Part shown: one piece after another, positions 57,294 to 64,000 of the stretch | Layout of the letters: each line of letters begins with the position of its first letter | How positions within the stretch are numbered: position 1 is the stretch's first letter | From: Candidatus Bathyarchaeota archaeon | GTDB lineage: Archaea > Thermoproteota > Bathyarchaeia > Bathyarchaeales > Bathycorpusculaceae | Reading direction: 5' to 3' | DNA: 64,000 nucleotides | Assembly: GCA_963806535.1 (NCBI GenBank) | Contig: CAWDYC010000007.1 | Location: 96,001-160,000, forward strand | The notes under the pieces: model-generated | Told to the model about the DNA's origin: nothing | Databases searched by the model: none | The model's input: only the letters and a program-made list of their open reading frames with translations | Position numbers and translations under genes: made by a program

Positions 57294-60031
57294 TTATGGT
57301 CTTTTTCTTAGAGTTAGAAGCGTTACTGCAAAACCGATCGCTATAGCAATTATTATTGCGATGCCTACGACTACAACGTACATTTGAGTGGTGTCTGAGT
57401 TAACTGGTTGCGTAACTGAGGTTGGTGCTGTTGTTGCTGCTGCTTGAGTGGCTACAAAGGATGTTTCTGCTGAAGATCCGTAATATGATTGTGAACCAGC
57501 AAAGTTCGCGTATACAGTGTATTTGCCTGGTATGTCGGGTGTCCAGTTATAGGAATATGCGCCGCTTGCATCGCTTGTGGTGGTGCCGATTGTTCTGAAG
57601 TTGTTGTTTGAGTCAAGAACACTTATGGTAACTGGAACTCCTGTAGTGTTTGATTGCATAGGCTGCTGCATGTAAACAGTTTCCATGAATTGGCTCATGC
57701 TTGCGTCAGATACGCATGGTAAACCATTAGGGAAATTCGCTGCCACTGCATCTTGTTTTGAACCAGCAGAGATGTCGGTGACTGTTCCGCTTATCGTTAT
57801 TGGTGTAGAGGTTGTAACGCCAACATTAGGTGCTGTAACGGTTGTTTTGCTGGGACCCATGCCATAGCCGTATATCTGATTGTCGTATGCATTTAGAATT
57901 GGCATGACGCCGTACGCAATAACTGCAAGGCCATCAACGTCGAAAGCATCTATGCTCCATATCAGTTTTCCGGTTGTGCAGTTAATTGCTAGTTGTTGTG
58001 CTCCAAGGAATAATGGTGGACTATATTCATGTCCTTCTTCGAGGAACAGAACGCCGTCAGCAATAGCGCCGTTGGAAAAGACCCAGACTGGCCATATACC
58101 GTAGGGAGTGTTAGTTCCAGCGGATCCTTGAAGTGCGGTTGTATTAGTGTACCAGTTGATATGTCCGTTTAAGATGTCTATAGACCATATGTCTCCGCCG
58201 AAGCCGATAACGAAGAGTGTTCCATTAGCAAGATTCATCATCCAGCCGCCAATGCTATCGTAAGGATTGAAGGGTGTGAGGTTATCTGTCCAAAGAAGTG
58301 CTCCTGAATTCATACTGTAACCCTGAAGAACACTGTTCTGATAGTTTGCTATTGTCCATACTCCGTTGCCGGCAGTCATTTGGTCAGAAGTGCATGAAGC
58401 GCCGCTTTGAGGAACAAACGGGTCAATTGTCAGATTTTCTACCCATAGCTGTTGTCCTGTATCTTGGCTGTAGCCTCCATAAACTGTGTATGGACCTCGT
58501 TCTAGCATGCCTCCGCCTGAAGAATATGAAACAGTTGTAATTACGCCGCTATTGATTGTGTAGACTGCCATAGTCGCTGGTAATGGATTACCCGAAATGT
58601 TAGTTGCTACTGGCGTTGACCACTCTATTCCATAATTAAACGAAATGAGGCCGTTTTGCGGTGGTCTCCAACTCCAACCCGAAGCCATTGCGTTCCAAGC
58701 GCCGTATGTTATGCATTGCGTTGAGTTCCACTCGTTTATCGTGGGTCCATTAGGGGTTCGTGTGCCGACGATTATTCCTCCCTGATTGCTGTAAAGTGTT
58801 TGTGTGCCAGAAGTACCGTTAACGTAGTAGCCCATCAAGTTTCCATCTGTATCTACCGTCCATGTAGGTGAGGTAGCGTTGACAATGCTCAGGATATAGG
58901 TTCCAGTTTTAGCATCAAACATGTTTAATGTAGTTCCAGTTACGTTCATATACGCTAGAGGTGACCCAAGCAGGAGTTCCGGTGGTCCACAGGTATGCGA
59001 GGCCTCCATACTGGTTGGGAGTCACCATATCGAGTACTTGACCGCAAAGTAATGTCGTAGCTAGTCCAGCCGATGATAGAGCGCTATATGATGGAGAACC
59101 GCCACCCCAGTTGTCGCCATTGTCATCCCATACTGTTTGTCCAGTGAATAAGTCTACGCAAAGCAAGTCTGTAGGAGTAGTTGAACTTCCTGGGTATGCA
59201 TCGTAGTAGAGATAGCCGTTTATGATTACTGGAGTGTATTTTTTCTCGTATTGCGCAGTCGCATAGTAGTTGCCGTAAGTAGTTGTTCCGCCGAATTGTC
59301 CTCCGAGTACGCCTCCGAACGCCTCAGTCTTTGTCCAAAGGATGTGAGAGGACATTGGAGCTGTAGTGTACGGATTATAATTGCAGCTGGTATTATACAT
59401 TCCACCATGACCCGTCGATGAACCTAAACCAAGCCAAGCCCCGCCAAGCACGTACCAATTGTTAACGTTCATTGCGTTTATTGGTGTCTGCCAATAGTTT
59501 GTTGGAAGGGGAGCTACTGAAACTCCTCCAACTGGCTCGTCCTGCACTGTCATCGTAGCTATGTTGCTAACAGAAGGTGCATAGATATCGCCGACAAAAG
59601 CGTTAGGAGGCATCCCAGGTTGGGGATTGGCGCCTGCTAACGTTTGTCCTGGAAAGGTCATTTGGAAAGTGTACACACCGACTTTAGTTGGCGTGAATTG
59701 CACATGTGTTCCACCTGTGTCATCAGAGGTAAACGGTCCCAGTGTTTGAGTTGTTTTATCAGGCAATGTAACTATCACGGTCATATTCTGCCATCTATCG
59801 CCAAACGGACCACTTGCTGTTGGCGGCGGCTGGTTTAGCCAGAAGCCAATGTTAACTTCTTGGCCGACGCCGTCAGGGTTATTTCCGACAGTGCAGAAAG
59901 CGATGGTTGGAATGTTCCATCCTGGATTGTGTGCTGAAAGCACCTGGCATTAGAGTCATTGAAACTGTCATTGAAGCCGTCAATAATATAGCAATTAAAA
60001 TAGCCATAATTTTGTTTTTCAGTATTTTCAT
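57294..60031 (-). CDS. Second PQQ-like beta-propeller paralog (two frameshifts)
   Basis: MKILKNKIMAILIA signal peptide from ATG 60031; extra bases near 59938 and 58956. Same architecture and RKRP end as 53312..56038. Confidence 0.8.
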
Positions 60032-60267
60032 TTTTCTTTTTCTTCCTTAAGTTTTTTGTTTATTTGTTGGGTTGAAGATGTGAAAAGTATCCTCCTTACC
60101 CAACGTAGCCATGTTCTAATTCGCGGCAATAAGTAAACTTGCCGTATAACAATTCGCTGACAGAATTAGATTGACAAAATAACGGTTTCTTCAAAAAGAA
60201 CTGGATTTTGGCGTAAATAGAAAAATCAAATATAGTTCCAGCATCATAAACCCAATTGGGAAAAAAG

Positions 60268-61073
60268 ATGTTGCTCGACAATGAAGAGAGCATCGTAACC
60301 CTAAAAGAATTAGGATTAACACTGTCTCAAGCAAGAGTTTACGCAATCGCTTCTAAGTTAGGAAAGAGCCAAGGCAAAAGACTTGTGGCGAGAATCAGGC
60401 GTGGGTAGACAGGAACTTTATAGAATACTAAATGAACTCTCAGAGTTGGGTTTAGTTGAAAGGGAAATATCCACTCCTACGCAATTCAGCACACTGCCAT
60501 TGTCGAAAGGAGCCCTTGTATTATTGAGTCACAAGCGCCACGAAATATCCGAGCTTGAGGCAAAAATTACAAAGAATTGAGTTCAAAAACAGAATTATCC
60601 AATTTTCAGAATCTCAAGAATCCGAGTTTTATATTCTTCCAAGGAAACACTTGATGGAAAAGAGAGGAGAATGCTCTTACAAAAATGCAAAAAAGACCAT
60701 TGAATTCTTTTCTCCATTTGAAAGACTTGCCAGCTGCTTTTCTTACAATCTAAGTACTTATAGTGATCCGGTAGCGAGAGGCGTCGACATGAAGGTAATT
60801 ACCGAAAAGGTAAACACCCGTAAATACGAGCAACTAAAAAACGAAGCAAACACAATATTTTCCAAGCAAAACTTCAGTATAAGGTTTACAACTTCACTCG
60901 ACAACGTAGCATTCTCACTTATTGACAACAATGAAGCTTACTTTCCTTTAAATCCAGGCAAACATATTTTTGAAGACCAATCGCTATGGACAAACAACAA
61001 ATCTCTGATAATGTTGGCTCATAAATATTTCAGTTCAGTTTGGCAGAACGCCTGTGACAGCCTCAGCCAATAA
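60268..61073 (+). CDS. TrmB-family transcriptional regulator (two frameshifts)
   Basis: LKELGLTLSQARVY...SGVGRQELYRILNEL..LGLVE...TP..F wHTH; C-terminal RGV..KVITE, ID..E, LWTNN. Extra A near 60376 and 60571. Confidence 0.8.
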
Positions 61074-61324
61074 TGAACCAAGTATTCTTTTAGTCCATAA
61101 ATCAAACATTAATCTTATTTTGTCCACATAACAATGTCTTGGAAATTATAGTGTGTACAACGTATCGACAACCCTTTATACATTTTATAGTTAATTTCAA
61201 CAGTCTATTACTTACAGAATGCGTTTTTTGTTTAATCTTAACTGATTAGCTGTACAACTGTTGTTTCAAGTACCATTTAGAAAGATTATACATAAGCTTA
61301 ATGTATTACCATTAAGGCGAGAAA

Positions 61325-61498
61325 TTGACAGTTTGCATTTACGATAGTAAAGCATTGGGTGGAAAAGAAGCTGTAAAAGCATTAGATAAATATATCAAAA
61401 GACTTGAAAGAGGAAAAGTTGAAGGATTATCGGAAAAACAAGTCTACTCGTTGATAAAAATAGCCAAAGTACTAAAAAAGACCTTAGCCCAAAAATAA
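61325..61498 (+). CDS. Small basic helical protein (57 aa), FIMAH-like
   Basis: Not in the ORF track. TTG start; KEAVKALDKYIKRLERGKVEGLSEKQVYSLIKIAKVLKKTL. Confidence 0.5.
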   Translation: MTVCIYDSKALGGKEAVKALDKYIKRLERGKVEGLSEKQVYSLIKIAKVLKKTLAQK

Positions 61499-61599
61499 GT
61501 TTAAAACGTAGTCTCTTAATTCCTATGCATTTGTAACTCGTGGTCTAAACATAAATTCATAAGGCAAAAGCAGCCATATCGTTAACGAGATGAATTGGT

Positions 61600-62533
61600 T
61601 TGCAATTAACCACTCATGCCGTGTTTGCTTTTGCTGTTGGCTTGATATTTTTTGGTCGGCTTGACGTTGCATTTCTTGTAACTCTTGGAGCGCTTGTTCC
61701 AGACTTAGACAGAGAGTACTGGTTTGTTAAGACAAGAAAATACCAGGATGAACAACCTCACAGAGCAAGATTTCATAACGTCTTTGTAATGGCAATCGGT
61801 TATCTCTTAAGTCCTTTCTTCGCATTAGGAATTTTTCTCCATGCCCTGCAAGACTCTTTCACCACTGCAAAAGATAGAGGAGCAGAATGGTTTTTCCCCG
61901 TTACAAGATGGGTGAAACGCGGAACATTGGACCCAGATGGAAAAAATCAGCCAAACATCGAACCTGGAAAAATATACTTTTATCAAGAAGACCCAACGGG
62001 ACTAGTTGAATATGCTGATCCAGACTTGCAGGAACCAGACAATCAACCCACACCATGGAGAAGAGTCTATGGACCCGCACTCAACGCCTGCCTATTAGAT
62101 CGGGGTTTTCTCTTTGGCTCAATCCTTCTTGCAATAATCTGGTTGATAGCCACTAACTTGTCACATGCTACAATATTCAATATGACTTTATCATTCTACT
62201 ATCCATTCATAGCGGGATTTGCGTTCTTCGGACTTGTTTACCTTGCTGGCGAATTAGATCGCAGAGATAGAAAAGAACCACTCAAAATAATTCCAAAAGC
62301 AATGATTCAAAGAAAAGAAATATTTAAAAAACCAATTTTCGTTGTAGGATTAGTCTTTCTTGGGAGTTTGGCTTGTTTTATATAGGCTGGAAATATGGAC
62401 GAATCTTGAAGCACTTTTTGCTAATTGGGTGACGATAGTTCTGGGGGCTGTAGCCGTAACAATAATGGTCATTCTCTTGATAAAAGTGGAAATAGTAAGA
62501 AACAAGAAAAAAGGTATTCCAGTAATTGTGTAG
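61600..62533 (+). CDS. Membrane-bound metal-dependent hydrolase (YdjM-like); frameshift near 62363
   Basis: THAV, PDLD, HRARFHN, HALQD motifs. Removing one G extends the TM-rich frame to TAG 62533. Confidence 0.75.
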
Positions 62534-62629
62534 CCGCATTTTTCTCGATATTTTTCTGGCTGAGAAGCGCATATTTGAGTGAGAAAGGATTTATTACAAA
62601 GTTTTACTGAAATAGGCTAAAGGATTTCT

Positions 62630-63758
62630 ATGACTGAATCAGTTGCAGATGTGACCCAGCCGACAGAAAAATCGGCTATGACAAAAAACGCCTTAATGAA
62701 GTATACATTGGTGGCACTTGTTGTTCTTGTCGGAGTATCTGCTCTTCCCTGGTGGCCAACCTCCATAATTCTTGCAGTAGTAGCAGTGGCGGTTGCGGTG
62801 GGAACTGATTATGCTCTTTCTTCGGTAATGAAGACGAAAGGGCCTTTGAACACATTATCTGCTGCAGTATTTGGCTTAATTGTAGCCTTATCGTATACTC
62901 TCTCAAATCCAACTTCATATATTATGGGCACCTACCTAACGCCAGCCTACCTACCTGAACTGTTGCCAACCAAGGCACCTTGGGCATTCGTTTACGTTGC
63001 CATAATCTGCCCTCGTCGGAATGATTGTGTTTAAAAAACTTCAAGGATTACTTGGTAGAAAATACGTTAACCCAGCTGCCGCTGCCAAACTTGTTGTTTT
63101 TACCCCATTTTTGCAAACAGTCCTGCTTGCTTCAGCGCATAAGGATTCAATTTCCTTAGTCGGGCCAATCGGATACAACATAAATATTCACGCCAGCGGC
63201 AGTAACCTATTGTTTGGAGCCTTCGCCGGTGATGTTCAAGCATGCATGGGTAATCTCCCCTCGAGATCTGAAATATTTGCCGTTACACCGACTCAAATGT
63301 TTCAAACCCTTGCTCTGCTGAAGTTTCATGGTTGGACAGGAGGCGCTTCAGCGATTGTCGTCATTATAGTGGGAGTTAGCTTGTTTATCGTTGCAAGAAA
63401 ATATATGAAATGGCGGATTACACTATCTTACCTCGCGACAATTGTTGCGATGTCAGCGATTATGTTTGGCATTTACGGAGGCGATTTACTGTTAAGAATG
63501 GGCTTCGAACTGTTTATCGGCAGCTCAATCTTTCTGGCATTTTTCATGGCAACCGACCCAGCAACTACACCGTGGACATACGTTGGCCAAGTTGTTTTCG
63601 GAGTCGGTTTAGGAGTGTTGACAGTTCTGATTCAAATGTACATGGGCTTTCTGGGTGGTTCCATTCTTGCTTTGATAATTATGAATCTGACTACCCCGTT
63701 ACTTGACAAGATTGGAAACAAAAGAACGTTAATGGTGGCAAGTGCCCCAAATGTCTAG
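62630..63758 (+). CDS. RnfD/NqrB-family membrane protein; frameshift near 63008
   Basis: SAAVFGLIVAL, K...GLLGRKYVNPAAAA, FFMATDPATTP, G...ALIIMNL.TPLLD. Confidence 0.82.
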
Positions 63759-64000
63759 GGTGACTGATTCTGCCAATACCATAAAATTGACACGATCATT
63801 TTGCTGTTAGAGAAATACTAAAATTTGGTTTAATAGATACATCATACATTTCGCAAATGAACCTTATCACGACAATGATGGCAAGACTTTCATTTTGTTA
63901 ACTATTGCTGTTTTCCACGATAATTGAAAATATCCTTGCATTAGCCCCAATAGCCCCTCATAGTTTGTGAAAATGAAAGGCATTTCTCCCAAATTTTGGT

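Overview
Archaeal chromosomal window, most likely Bathyarchaeia. This is inferred from rps8e, SRP19, archaeal GluRS, an Aeropyrum-type mevalonate pathway, smc/scpAB and secreted PQQ-like beta-propeller paralogs. 1-23.3 kb: a large cell-surface locus with 8 cohesin domains in 6 genes and 4 dockerin proteins. The minus-strand gene run begins with a phosphate-binding protein PstS fused to a C-terminal dockerin and lies divergent from pstC-pstA. No complete dockerin protein carries a recognisable glycoside hydrolase domain, so this looks like a cellulosome-like scaffold used for phosphate capture; it is the main candidate novel system. 23.6-32.6 kb: a polyphosphate cluster (CYTH, ppk1, CHAD-metallophosphoesterase-HD fusion, ppx, ppk2). 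33.0-33.8 kb: a fluoride riboswitch upstream of crcB-DUF190. 33.9-52.2 kb: core genes (eno, rps2, MEMO1, mvk-AMPD-PMDh-ipk-fni-GGPPS, gltX, srp19, rps8e, scpB-scpA-smc). 52-64 kb: a dispersed non-coding repeat with a 10.5-bp-phased array, two PQQ-like propeller genes, a TrmB-like regulator, a membrane hydrolase and an orphan RnfD-like gene. About nine single-base indels split genes, including enolase, and are probably sequencing errors. All calls come from manual motif reading; no database searches were run.
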